From Eledone cirrhosa (lineage: Eukaryota), in contig OZ024741.1 in the NCBI GenBank assembly GCA_964016885.1, forward strand, positions 174,530,001-174,594,000: DNA of 64,000 nucleotides, read 5' to 3'. Every line of letters begins with the position of its first letter. Position 1 is the first letter of the stretch. Of the stretch, positions 1 through 11,717 are shown piece by piece. The translations under genes and the position numbers were made by a program. The notes under the pieces are model-generated. The model saw only the letters and a list, made by a program, of their open reading frames with translations. It was not told where the DNA came from and searched no databases.

Positions 1-701
1 TATATCAAATTTACAGACCTCACCGGATCAAGGTGTGACATGGCCAACTATGGCCAGACTTGCCTCCCTGCGTGGACGGCTCGTCTAACTCATGCAAGCA
101 TGGAAAAATGGACGCTAAACAGTGTTGCTGCTGATGATGATGATACATATGTGTGTGTGTGTGTGTGTGTGAAAAGTAAATGGAAAAAACACAGTAGCTG
201 ATGAAGTACAATAAAAAATATATATTAGTTTCATGCTTAATACAGTAGGAAAAGTCTTAACATTTATAAGCTCATCATATAAGGACAGTTTAGCAGCTGG
301 TGGAATCTCTTTGTAGACTGGTAAATAAACAAGAAATCAGACATAGAACTATACTTTATGCTTATATATATATATTTTATATACTTTATAAAACTCCTTT
401 TTCAATATTTGTTTCTATTTTTGGCACAAGGCCAGCAGTTACCCAGTGCATTACCGGTACTTTATTTTATCAACCCCATAAGGAAGAAAGGCAAAGTTAA
501 CCTCGGCATCAATAATGTCACTTTGACTGATCAACAAAGAAAAAAGAAAAACAGATTGTTTAAATATATTTCTGTGCTGTTTCCAATCCTACTTTTTTTC
601 TATAACCTCTGTTTTGTATAGAAACTTACTTCCTTTTCAAATATATATATATATATAAAATAATAATAATGAAATTATTGTGTACAGTGCTCAGGTGCAC
701 T

Positions 702-736
<35 letters not shown>

Positions 737-776
737 CGATATTAACAAATGGAAACTATATTTATAAAACCATATT

Positions 777-841
777 TATTTCATTATACATATTTCAAGG
801 ACACCAAGTTAAATTATGGTGTGCTTTCATCAGATAAAATA
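777..841 (-). ncRNA. Type I hammerhead ribozyme (antisense copy in inverted arm)
   Basis: Exact reverse complement of 927-991. Confidence 0.7.
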
Positions 842-926
842 TAATATAGAGCAGTTTTATAAATAAATATTGACATACCCTTAAAGAATGCGACCATTTC
901 TGTTGGAAGCTCCCGGATAGTGATTA

Positions 927-991
927 TATTTTATCTGATGAAAGCACACCATAATTTAACTTGGTGTCCTTGAAATATGTATAATGAAATA
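927..991 (+). ncRNA. Minimal type I hammerhead ribozyme
   Basis: Stem I TATTTTAT/ATGAAATA (one G-U). Core CTGATGA 935-941. Stem II AAGCACACCA/TGGTGTCCTT (1 mismatch). GAAA 972-975. Short self-complementary stem III ATATGTAT. Predicted cleavage after AUA at 983. Confidence 0.75.
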
Positions 992-1111
992 AATATGCTT
1001 TTATAAATATAGTTTCCATTTGTTAATATATCATATTTTTACTCCAATAATTTGTTGAGTGCTTTGTTATAAAAATATTTGCATGTTGGATCCCAACAAT
1101 TTAAATAGAAC

Positions 1112-1152
<41 letters not shown>

Positions 1153-1506
1153 AATGGAAGTAGAGCATATTCGAAGCTCGAGCCGCAGCTAAGCCGACGA
1201 ATGCATTCAGAAGTGCAGCCAAGCACTCAATAAGGTATAAAACCTTAGAGTAATAACATACAGTTTAAAGGGCTTTGCAAATTGAAGATAGCGACCGGTA
1301 ATTCAGCCGCGGGGACCATAGCAACGAAAGAACTGACTCGCGAGAAAAAATACATACATATATATATATATGTATCTATGTATATGTATGTATATATATG
1401 TATGTATATGTATGTATATATATATGTATGTATATGTATGTATATATATGTATGTATATGTATGTATATATATGTATGTATATGTATATATGTGTGTGTG
1501 TATGTG

Positions 1507-1538
<32 letters not shown>

Positions 1539-1544
1539 CACGTG

Positions 1545-1586
<42 letters not shown>

Positions 1587-1596
1587 AGTGCACGTG

Positions 1597-1630
<34 letters not shown>

Positions 1631-1827
1631 GCAAAAAGCTCCCAGCACACACTGTCAATGTGGTTGGCATGAGGAAGGGCATCCAGCTGTAGCAAACCAG
1701 CCAGAATCTCTCCTATAGGAGCAAGACACAGTCACCCGACCCAACTTGCCTCTAATTGGGACAAACCCGTCTAATCCATGCTAGCATGGAAGATAGATGT
1801 TAATCTGCGATGATGATGATGATGATG

Positions 1828-1884
<57 letters not shown>

Positions 1885-1887
1885 CAT

Positions 1888-1997
1888 CAGTCCTATGCGA
1901 GCAAGACAATCACTCTTGCCTCAAGTGGGACTACCCCCGTCCAAACCCATGCAAGCGTGGAACACGGACGTTAAACGTTGATGATGATGATGATGAT
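1888..1997 (+). mobile_element. Severely 5'-truncated copy of the intact RTE LINE (3' end plus (GAT)n tail)
   Basis: Identical by eye to the 3' UTR end of the full-length element from 44406 onward. Confidence 0.9.
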
Positions 1998-2078
1998 AAC
2001 TGTCCTTGTTTATACACAGACGCACACACACATTTGAATATATGTGTGTGTGCGTCTGTGTATAAACAAGGACAGTTA
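1997..2078. repeat. Perfect 37-bp inverted repeat (8-nt loop)
   Basis: TAACTGTCCTTG...CACACAT at 1997-2033 and its reverse complement at 2042-2078. Confidence 0.9.
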
Positions 2079-2239
2079 AGCATAAAGTGTCAAACTAGAA
2101 AATGAAGTCAGTGAACTGGCTGACTGCTAAGATAGTTTACACTACATTGGTGACATAATTACTGTCGTTAGGGGTGATTGTCTATAAAAGTATGTAAACC
2201 CATCTAACCTGCAGCTGCTTGGAGACGTTAGTTCTGAAG

Positions 2240-3907
2240 GTGGGGATGGTAGTAGTGTTGTTGGTTATGGAGATGTTTGTGGTGAGTGACTGTGGCAATG
2301 ATGGTGATGATGATGATGATACTGATAGTGATAGTGATGGTGTTGGGTGTGCTTGTGGTAGTGGTGTTGATGGTGGTGTGGGGGTTGCTGCAGTGATGAT
2401 GATGATGATTATAGTGGTGGTGGTGGTGGTGGTGGTGGTGGTGGTGGTGGTGGGGGTGATGTTTTGCGATAATGATAGAAGTGGGGATCGTGACAATGTA
2501 GTTGTTGGCCGCTACAGTCATCATCATCATCATCACCAACACCATCATTATTATTATCATTATTCACCATCACCACTACCACTACCATAACCATCATCAT
2601 CATCATCATCATCATCACCAAGACCATCATTATTATCATCATTATTCACCATCACCACTACCACTACCATCATCATCATCATCATCATCACCAAGACCAT
2701 CATTATTATTATCATCATTATTCACCATCACCACTACCACTACCATAACCATCATCATCATCATCACCACCAACACTATCATTATTATTATCATTATTCA
2801 CCATCATCACTACCACAACCATCACCATCATCATTACCACCAATACTATCATTATTATTGCCGAGGTTAACTTTGCCTTTCATCCTTACGGGGTCGATAA
2901 AATAAAGTACCAGTAATACACTGGGCATTTGCTGGCCTTGTGCCAATAGTAGAAACAATTATTATTAACATCATTCACCATCACCACTACTATCATCATC
3001 ATCATCATCACCACTATCATTATCATTATTCATCGTCACCACTACCACAACCATCACCATCACCAATATCATCATCATCAACATCATCATCACCACTACC
3101 GCAACCATCACCATCATCATCATCATCACCATCATCGTCACCACTACCACAACCATCATCATCACCACTACCGCAACCATCACCATCACCAATATCATCA
3201 TCATCAACATCATCATCATCACCACTACCGCAACCATCACCATCACCAATATCATCATCATCAACATCATCATCATCACCACTACCGCAACCATCACCAT
3301 CATCATCATCATCACCATCATCATCACCACTACCACAACCATCATCAACATCATCACCACTACCGCAACCATCACCATCATCATCACCACTACCACAACC
3401 ATCATCAACATCATCACCACTACCGCAACCATCACCATCATCATCACCACTACCACAACCATCATCAACATCATCACCACTACCGCAACCATCACCATCA
3501 TCATCACCACTACCACAACCATCATCAACATCATCACCACTACCGCAACCATCACCATCATCATCACCACTACCACAACCATCATCAACATCATCACCAC
3601 TACCGCAACCATCACCATCATCAACATCATCATCACCACTACCGCAACCATCACCGCCACCATCATCATCATCATCACCGTCGTCATCACCACAACCATC
3701 ATCAACATCATCACCACTACCGCAACCATCACCATCATCAATATCATCATCATCATCATCATCATGACCACAACCATCATCAATATCATCATCACCATCA
3801 TGACCACAACCATCATCATCAACATCATCATCATCATCACCACTACCACAAGCATCATCATCATCAATACCATCATCATCATCACCACAACCACCACCAG
3901 CATCATC
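2240..3907. repeat. Compound trinucleotide (GAT/GGT then CAT/CAC) satellite with a 60-bp higher-order unit at about 3320-3620
   Basis: Consecutive identical 60-nt lines built from two diverged 30-mers. Interrupted by a SINE fragment at about 2861-2968. Confidence 0.9.
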
Positions 3908-4209
3908 TACGAAACATTTTTTTATACAACAGTGACAATAGGTTTACCAAATGAAACCATTCATTTGCTATCCTTATAGAAGTATTTATGTGTTATCTTT
4001 AATATGTTAAAGAAAGAAATCTGTCTATTGTTTTTGCCATTGCAGATAGTATGGCTGTACTTAAATTCTTCCCAAAACAAATGATATAATTAGAATTTTC
4101 TTTTTGTTTTTATTTTGGTTTGAATTTCTATTTTTTATTTTTATTTCGACATTTACACATTTGTAATTGGATTTCAAAGATGGAAAGTGTGATGTGGAAA
4201 AAGTGACAA

Positions 4210-4301
<92 letters not shown>

Positions 4302-4456
4302 TAATTATTTGGTAGATAAAACTATGTGTTAGTGAAGAGGATGATAAGTCTCTCATGTACTTCTTAATTATATAGGGAGACTAATTGGTGTTAGATATTC
4401 GTCTTCGTATATATAATGTACACATGTATATATATGTATATGTTTATATATGTATA

Positions 4457-4524
<68 letters not shown>

Positions 4525-4945
4525 GTAATAATAATAAATGTGAAGACTAAAATCCGAAGAGGGCTTGATAAGGATAATATATATATGAAAATATATAAAA
4601 CCATATATTAAAATAACAGATTAAAGTTTAAGCAAAGAATCGCTGCTTTCACCCTTAATGGGATCCTCTGAAACTAAAAATAATCAATCTGTGGACACAG
4701 AAGTAAATATTTCGAAACACGTTGCAATTACAACTGAAGGAAAACAGGAAGATAATACTTTGGTTCGTGAAGACATTCCCTAGCACTGGATGGAAAAAAG
4801 CTAAGATAATACGTCGTTATGTGGAGCGATAAGAACAATTCCACGCAAAGACAAATAACCAAAACCACGTTTATGGTATACATTGAGTCATTAGACTAAT
4901 ATTCTAGTTAGGAAACCGAATGATTCTCAGCTCGGGAGTTGCATG
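4525..4945 (-). mobile_element. Dispersed repeat family P2 (probable Penelope-like 3'/pLTR region) with (ATT)n end and hammerhead-like fold
   Basis: Homologous copies at 10862-11215, 48569-48792 and 50200-50475. Adjoins (TA)n. Confidence 0.65.
4625..4675 (-). ncRNA. Hammerhead-like fold with variant core CAGAGGA
   Basis: Minus strand reads AGTTT-CAGAGGA-TCCC ATTAA GGGT-GAAA-GCAG CGATTCT TTGC-TT-AAACT. Stems I, II and III all pair, but U4 is replaced by A and the base of stem II is U-U. Confidence 0.45.
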
Positions 4946-5479
4946 TATATAAATATATATAATATCATCATCATCATTTTACGTCCGCTTTTCATATAAT
5001 TATGTATGTATAATAATGTATAGAAATATGTATGTATAATAATGTATAGAAACATGTATGTATAATAATGTATAGAAACATGTATATATAATAATTGTTT
5101 CTACTTTTGGCACAAGTACATTACTGGTACTTTATTTTATCGACCCCATAAGGATGAAAGGCAAATAAATAGAATTCTGTGGTAAATATAATCAATTATA
5201 TGTATATATAATAATGTATAGAAATATGTATGTATATATATATATATACACACACATACATTTTTATACAATTATATACATACATATACATATCATTTCA
5301 TCATCATCATTTCATTTTACGTCTGCTTTTTCCCTGCTTACAAGGGTGGGACGTATATATATATATATATACATACACACACATATATATTTATACAATT
5401 ATATACACCCATATATATATCATCATCATCATCGTTTAACGTCTATCTTCCACGCTAGCATGGGTTATATATATATATA

Positions 5480-5822
5480 TCATCATCATCATCATCACCA
5501 TTTTACATCCGCTTTTCCCTGCTTGCAAGGGTGGGACGGGAACTGATTCTGGCTTGATTTCTACAGCTGGATGCCCTTCCTAACACCAACCTCATTTACA
5601 GTGAGTGCTGGGTGCTTTTTTGCCATGGCACCTCCACGACCACTTTGCAGTGGAATGATATGGACTCCAGTCCTATCATCTCATTTCTACAGCTGAGTAA
5701 ACTGGAGCAATATGAAATAAAGTGTCTTGCTCAAGGAAACAACACATCACCCGGTCTGAGAATTGAACTCACAACCTTTCGACTGCAAGGCCAATGCTCT
5801 AACCACTAAGCCATGTGCCTCC
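5480..5822 (-). mobile_element. tRNA-derived CORE-like SINE with RTE-type 3' end
   Basis: A box TGGCTTAGTGG and B box GAGTTCAATTC. CORE-like CCTTGAGCAAGACACTT...CTCAGCTGTAGAAATG. 3' GGTTGGTGTTAGGAAGGGCATCC is shared with the RTE 3' UTR. (GAT)n tail. Confidence 0.85.
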
Positions 5823-5827
5823 ATATA

Positions 5828-5876
<49 letters not shown>

Positions 5877-5879
5877 ATG

Positions 5880-5910
<31 letters not shown>

Positions 5911-6074
5911 GGTGGGTATGTTGGTGTACTCAGTCTAGAATACCTATTCAGACAAAGGTGTGCTTTGATTCTCACATGTGCTTTGTGACTATTTATTCCA
6001 TTATGGGGGCTTATATGACCTTTTATTAGATTATTTTCTGTAGTCATAATATACCAAAAAGCTCTTATATATGT

Positions 6075-6192
<118 letters not shown>

Positions 6193-6865
6193 ATCTCTAT
6201 ATCTCTCTCTCTCTCTCTATCTATCTATCTATATCCATCTATCTCTCTCTCTATATATATATATATGAAAGGATTAACTGCTGGTAGAAGTCAGTGTGTA
6301 ATTTTAGACAAGTACTTGACTAAAAAGAAGATAAATTTTTTCCTTCCCACTTCTTCCCATTTATATTCATTTTCTCACACTAGTAAATATTGATTACTTT
6401 AGTAATTTCAAGAATTGTTCATTCGTGTGTATATGTGTTTGCCATGTAAGTGCAATTTGGTGGACAGAAACTACCAAAGTCCTTCGTATATGTGTGTCTG
6501 TGTCCATGCTTCTGTTTGCATTTATGTGTTTGCTGTTTATGTCCTGAAAATTAGCAGTCCATGAAATAGAGGTAGATAAAATAAATAGCAGTCTGTGGTA
6601 AATATAATCAACTAAATCTTTGAAAGTGATACCCCAAAAGAAAGAAATATGTGTATGTGTATATATATATATATATATATAGTACTCACTGTAAATGAGG
6701 TTGGTGATAGGAAGGGCATCCAGCTGTAGAAATCAAGCCAAAATTAGTTCTGTATGAGCAAGACATGGTCACTGGACCTGACATTGCCCACAACGGGACA
6801 ACCTGTCTAACCCATGCCAGCGTGGGAGAATGGACGTAAAATGGTGATGTTGATATATATATATA

Positions 6866-7131
6866 TCCCAAAAGTCACCTCAAAAGTGACACAGAGGAGA
6901 CTGAGGTTAGCTGGACATGCTCACCAACATCCAGAGTTGACATTGTACTCAGTGCTCCTGTGGGAGCCCCTACATGGACACACTGGAAGAGGAATACCAA
7001 AGTTAACGTATGTTGATGCCCTAAGGACAGACACTGGTCTGTTGGAGACACAGGACATGGCAGCGATAATGAGGGACAGAGACTGCTGGAGGGAACTCGT
7101 CCATGGATCTCGGGAATTTTACCCGCCCTAG
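6866..7131 (+). mobile_element. 5'-truncated 3' fragment of a second RTE-like LINE family
   Basis: Encodes RRLRLAGH...GRG.PKLTYVD...DRDCW, an RTE-type C-terminus. Near-identical to 49402-49668. Confidence 0.85.
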
Positions 7132-7210
7132 AAATATGTATATAAGAAGGAATTTGTAGTTTACTTGATATATGTATATTGTACTTATATATATATGTGT
7201 GTGTGTGTAT

Positions 7211-7579
7211 GGTCTTCTGTATTACTGCGTGAAGCCAGAGGTCAGTCGTGTGACATCGTCTTTGAGAGGTGTAATTGGGTAAGATCGGCTTTTATCACCT
7301 CATTCCAGGTCTTCTTCGGTCTCCCCATTCCGCGGTTTCCATCAACTTCTAGTGCTCTGCACCTTTTTATGCAGCTGTCATCCTTCATACGCATCACATG
7401 TCCACACCAACGCAACCGCCTCTCCTGCACACCGCATTTGATTCCTCTTATGCTCAGTCTCTCTCTCTCAATTTGTTTATGCTTTGCCGTTCGCGTATAT
7501 TACTATTACTCATCCATTGGAGCATGCAGGCTTCGTTTCTTTCTAATCTACGCAAGTCTTCTGCAGACAGCACCCATAA
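7211..7579 (-). mobile_element. RTE LINE ORF C-terminal fragment lacking the 3' UTR
   Basis: ERRLRWCGHVMRMKDDSCIK...GRPKKTW matches the C-terminus of the intact ORF. Confidence 0.85.
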
Positions 7580-7736
7580 TATATATATATTATCATCGTC
7601 TTCGTTCAACATCTGCTTTCCTTACTAGCAAGGGTTGTAAGGGTTGTCAGCAGACTAGATTGGTACTGAAAAAAGAGAGATTGACCCTATGGCAGACCAG
7701 GAGCCTGCATTCCATTTACAGAGCTATTTAATTACA

Positions 7737-10315
7737 TCTCTATATATATCAAACAGTAGATGTCTGTCTGTGCGTGTGTATGATTTTTATGCATTTCCAC
7801 ATTTCTCTACCGATTTTGATGATTTTTTTTCCAATGTGCTCCAAATTTACCAGGGCAGGTCAACGCGTAATTACTTTTGCCAAAAGTTTCCTGCTTCTAT
7901 GAAAACAAATCGATAAAACTAAATACATGCTGTAACCCTCTCTCGTACACACTTCATTCCTCTCACTACCCTCAATCTCCTCCGCAACTCTCTTTAAAAG
8001 GTTACTGCCTCCGTCTCCATTACAGTTTAGAACAACGACAAATCTTCTCTCTCTATAATAGATCATTCACCCTCTTCGTTCGTCATACATCAAATATCAA
8101 AATTTAAAAAGCCGATAACACTAAATACATACTGCTCTCTCAACGTTACATTTTACATCAAATAACAAATATTCAAAAGCAACAGATGAATTTATAAAAC
8201 AACAAACGTAACAATAACGATGCTTAAGCGTTCATTTACTTGAATCTCAACAAAGACATTATATTTTATTGTTGTCCTTTTTGTAATTTTTCTTTTTTTG
8301 TTTTTCTCAATATGAGACAAAAAATTAATGAGAAAACTTTTTTAACGAACGTCTGATTTCGATGATTTATTTTCCAGTGTGCTCCAAAATAACGCCCCTG
8401 TTTACACTTTTTGTGCTATAACTCAGACAGGCTTGGCTTACAGGTTTGACCTATTATTTGATGTGCATTCTTCATAGATCTTACTTAGTACTCACTTTCC
8501 ACTTACTCACCGTTCAATTGAAAGTTTTGGCTACTCCCCCTTTCATGCTCCATTACCTGCATAAATATTTACGTGTTCGGTCCTGCTACAATATAGTACT
8601 CACTTTAAACAAATTCAAAGTCCATTTGAAAATTTTTGCTACCAAACACATTCTTTGAATCTACGGTCATGCCACCCCAAAAAAGACCACGACTTAGTCG
8701 CCAAACTAAAGCTGCTTCTGCTGTCAAACGAAGAAGAGCTACAGAGTTGTCCGTAGAAAAATTTGACTCGGTTGTCACAAAATGCAACTCGAAATGCAAT
8801 TACCCGGGCAACCAAGACAGAAAAAAAGAGGAGCATCTGCCTTTCCGGAAATGCATTTGTAACAGCAGTTGTATGTGCAGCGCAAACTGATGAACAACAT
8901 TCTCGACGACGAAGCAAAAATGCGGCCTCCACCGCTGCGGCACGTGATGGTGAGGACGAAGAACACCGTTACAGTCGACGACGAAGAGGTGCTGTCTCAA
9001 CTGCTGCGCCACGTGATGCCGAGGACGAAGGGCAACGTTCCAGACGCCGCTTCAACAGCTTCCGTTCGCGCATCAGAGACTGCGCAAATTCAATTACAAA
9101 GGCTAAACACCAACGCACTCCGCAGGAGTGCTAACCGAGGTACACAGAGGATCAGTTGCACTCAGTGGTCTCATAAGGCTTTCCACTATGACCCAACAGT
9201 AAACTATGCACTGATGCTAGAAGTTCAGATTGGATCCATGTCTGTCATTTGCCAATATTGTCAGGCAAAAAAATGGCCTGGAGAGACTTCAGGGATGTGC
9301 TGCTCTGACGGCAAAGTGAAACTGCCTCCTCTACAGGAACCACCACAACCTTTGAAGTCTCTACTGACCGGTGCCACAGCGAAGTCGAAACACTTCCTTC
9401 GATGTTCCAGGAGATACAACGCTGCCTTCCAAATGACCTCTTTCGGAGTTAACATCATACGCGAGGACGGCTTCATGCCTACCTTTAAAGTTCAAGGACA
9501 AATTTACCACAGAATCGGTTCTCTACTGCCCACGACAGACGGACAGCCCCATTTCCTACAGCTATACTTTGTCACTGACTATTTGGACCAAGTGGAACGA
9601 CGCGCTTCAATTTCACCTGGCACAGACATGAAAATTCTGTTGCAACTCCAGAGAATGCTGCACGAAAACAACAACTACACTCGCAGTTTTAAATGCGCAT
9701 TGGAGGCTGCTCCGTTGCCAAATTTTGCTGTTATAATCGATGCTGACAGGAAACCACCAGGCATCCACGTCAGACATTTTAACACTCCCACGTGCATGAG
9801 AGCCCAACTGCTCAGTGACCACTCAGCAGCCGACTTCTCAAAGGACCTCTTAACAGTTGGTGACGGCACTGCACCTTCAGATGCAGCTGGAGAAATGGCA
9901 GTCTCGCAAGTAGGCACCGTTGTCGACACTGTTTACGACCTCACAGCCTCTGTCTTTCCCGATATGGCGACCAACTACAAAAAACACGAGTTGGCTATGC
10001 GATAGAGCCATATTGGCTCCCAAAAATGTCTCAGTTGCAAAAATTAATGAGGACCTGCATTTAGCCCAGCCGTGCTTCTCACATGGCCAATTATACGTCG
10101 CATGCTCAAGAGTGGGATGCAAGCAGAACTTATTCATACTTGCGCCCAAAGGCAGAACAAAAAATGTGGTCTACATATAGTAGTAGATGCTATTGTTGTA
10201 TATTTTCAAACTTACCCGTATTTACTTTCAATGCCTCAATATTCATAATTGAGTAGAATCATTAAATGTACTTTAAAGCAATTAAACTCCGAGCAATGCT
10301 GGGCACTTCTGCTAG
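7737..10315 (+). mobile_element. Helitron 1, internally deleted (non-autonomous)
   Basis: 5' A|TC start. 3' hairpin CCGAGCAATGCTGGG then CTAG|T. RepHel remnants inside. Confidence 0.9.
8669..10180 (+). pseudogene. Fragmented Helitron RepHel: N-terminus and Zn finger fused to PIF1 helicase C-terminal pieces
   Basis: MPPQKRPRLS start; CQYCQAKKWPGE..MCCSDGKV; YNAAFQMTSFG; QGQIYHRIGSLLP; RAILAPKN; FSHGQLYVACSRV. Frameshifted; HUH Rep and helicase motifs I-III are absent. Confidence 0.88.
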
Positions 10316-11691
10316 TATATATATAAAACGGAAGATGTCTGTCTGTGTGTGTGTGTATGATTTTTATGCATTTCCACATTTCTCTACCGATTTCGATGAT
10401 ATTTTTTCCAGTGTGCTCCAAATTTACCAACGATGGTCAACACATAATAAACTTTGCCAAAAATTTCCTGCTTCTATGAAAGAAATCGATAAAACTAAAT
10501 ACATGTTGTAACCTTCTCTCTTACATGCTTAATACCTCTCACTACTACCTTAAAAAATCTATGAAACTACATACATGTTGCAACTCTCTCTCTATATATA
10601 TATCATAAACACATATACATCTAAAGAGAGAAAGGGAGATGTAGAGAGAGAGAGTGAGATAGGTTGTTATACAGAGAGAGGTACAAGATAATCAGATAGA
10701 GAGAGAATGGCGACGAACGCTGGTTCACACACACACAAACACATATATATAAAGACAGAGAGAGAGAGAGAGATCTGCGCGTTCTTTATTGTTCTCCATT
10801 CTGTAGAGGAAGAGAGAGAGAGGGAGTATGAGAAAAAAGGGAGAGAGGTTGAGAAAGAAAGAAAGTTTAAGCAAAGAATCGCTGCTTTCAACATCAACGG
10901 GATCTTCTGAAACTAAAAAATTCAATCTGTGAACGCAGAATTAAATATTTCAAGAAACGTTGCAACCGAAGGAAAACAGGAAGACGATATTTTGGTTCAT
11001 GAAGACGTTCTGTGGTAATGAGTGGAAAAAAAGCCAGGATAATACGTCGTTATGTGGACCGAGAAGAACAATTTCATGCAAAGACGAGACCAAGTTTATG
11101 GTATAAATGGAGTTAGACTAATATTCTATTTAAAATAACCGAATGATTTCCAGCCTCGGAGTTTAAGAATGATGTGAATAAAATTGTAAACGAAAATGAC
11201 AGAGGTTATTAAAATAGTTGTTTCTACTTTTGGTACAAGGCCAGCAATTACCCAGTACTTTACTGGTACTTTATTTTATCAACCCCGTAAGGATGAAAGG
11301 CAAAGTTAACCTCGACGGGATTGTAACTTTGCCTTAACATAGTAAAAGTAAATAGTGAAGATTTAAGCCTGTACATACGTATACGCCGACGGACATACGC
11401 ATACATATACATACGCACACACAAACACACGCGCGTGTGTATGTAACCCTTATGCATTTCTACAGTATTTTCACCAAACTTAAGACATAGGTAACTTATG
11501 TACTCCGGATGGTCATGGGCACTTTAATTTTTCCAGATATTGATTATAAGGCCTCCCGGCAGATAATCCCCTTTTGGAAAAAGCCGATGATTTTGTAAAA
11601 GTATAGTTTTCAAAGCAACACTGAAGTATTGACATAAATGGTATTCATAACTGCTATTTAATACCCGAGCAACGCCGGGTACCTCTGCTAG
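10316..11691 (+). mobile_element. Non-autonomous Helitron(s) directly downstream of Helitron 1, with nested inserts
   Basis: 10316-10550 is homologous to the Helitron 1 5' end. 3' hairpin CCCGAGCAACGCCGGG and CTAG at 11688-11691. May be two elements. Confidence 0.7.
10862..11215 (-). mobile_element. Family P2 copy
   Basis: Aligns with 4623-4940; stem II of the hammerhead-like fold is mutated. Confidence 0.7.
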
Positions 11692-11717
11692 TATATATAT
11701 ATATATATATATATATA

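Larger units (their letters stand above)
737..1114 (+). mobile_element. Penelope-like (pLTR-type) fold-back insert in (TA)n: 5' inverted arm plus body carrying a hammerhead ribozyme
   Basis: 107-bp inverted repeat 739-845 / 923-1029 (1 mismatch). Flanked on both sides by (TA)n. Hammerhead motif lies inside the repeat. Penelope assignment is inferred from architecture; no ORF is present. Confidence 0.7.

Noticed and set aside
1245-1718. [12 protein letters not shown] ORFs here and throughout the window
   Set aside because: These are translations of (TA)n, (CA)n and (TACA)n microsatellites.
2940-3906. 275-aa SSPLPQP extensin-like ORF and poly-His/Met/Val ORFs
   Set aside because: They come from a stop-free trinucleotide satellite that is open in several frames. 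The ORF start lies within a SINE fragment and there is no splice or codon evidence.
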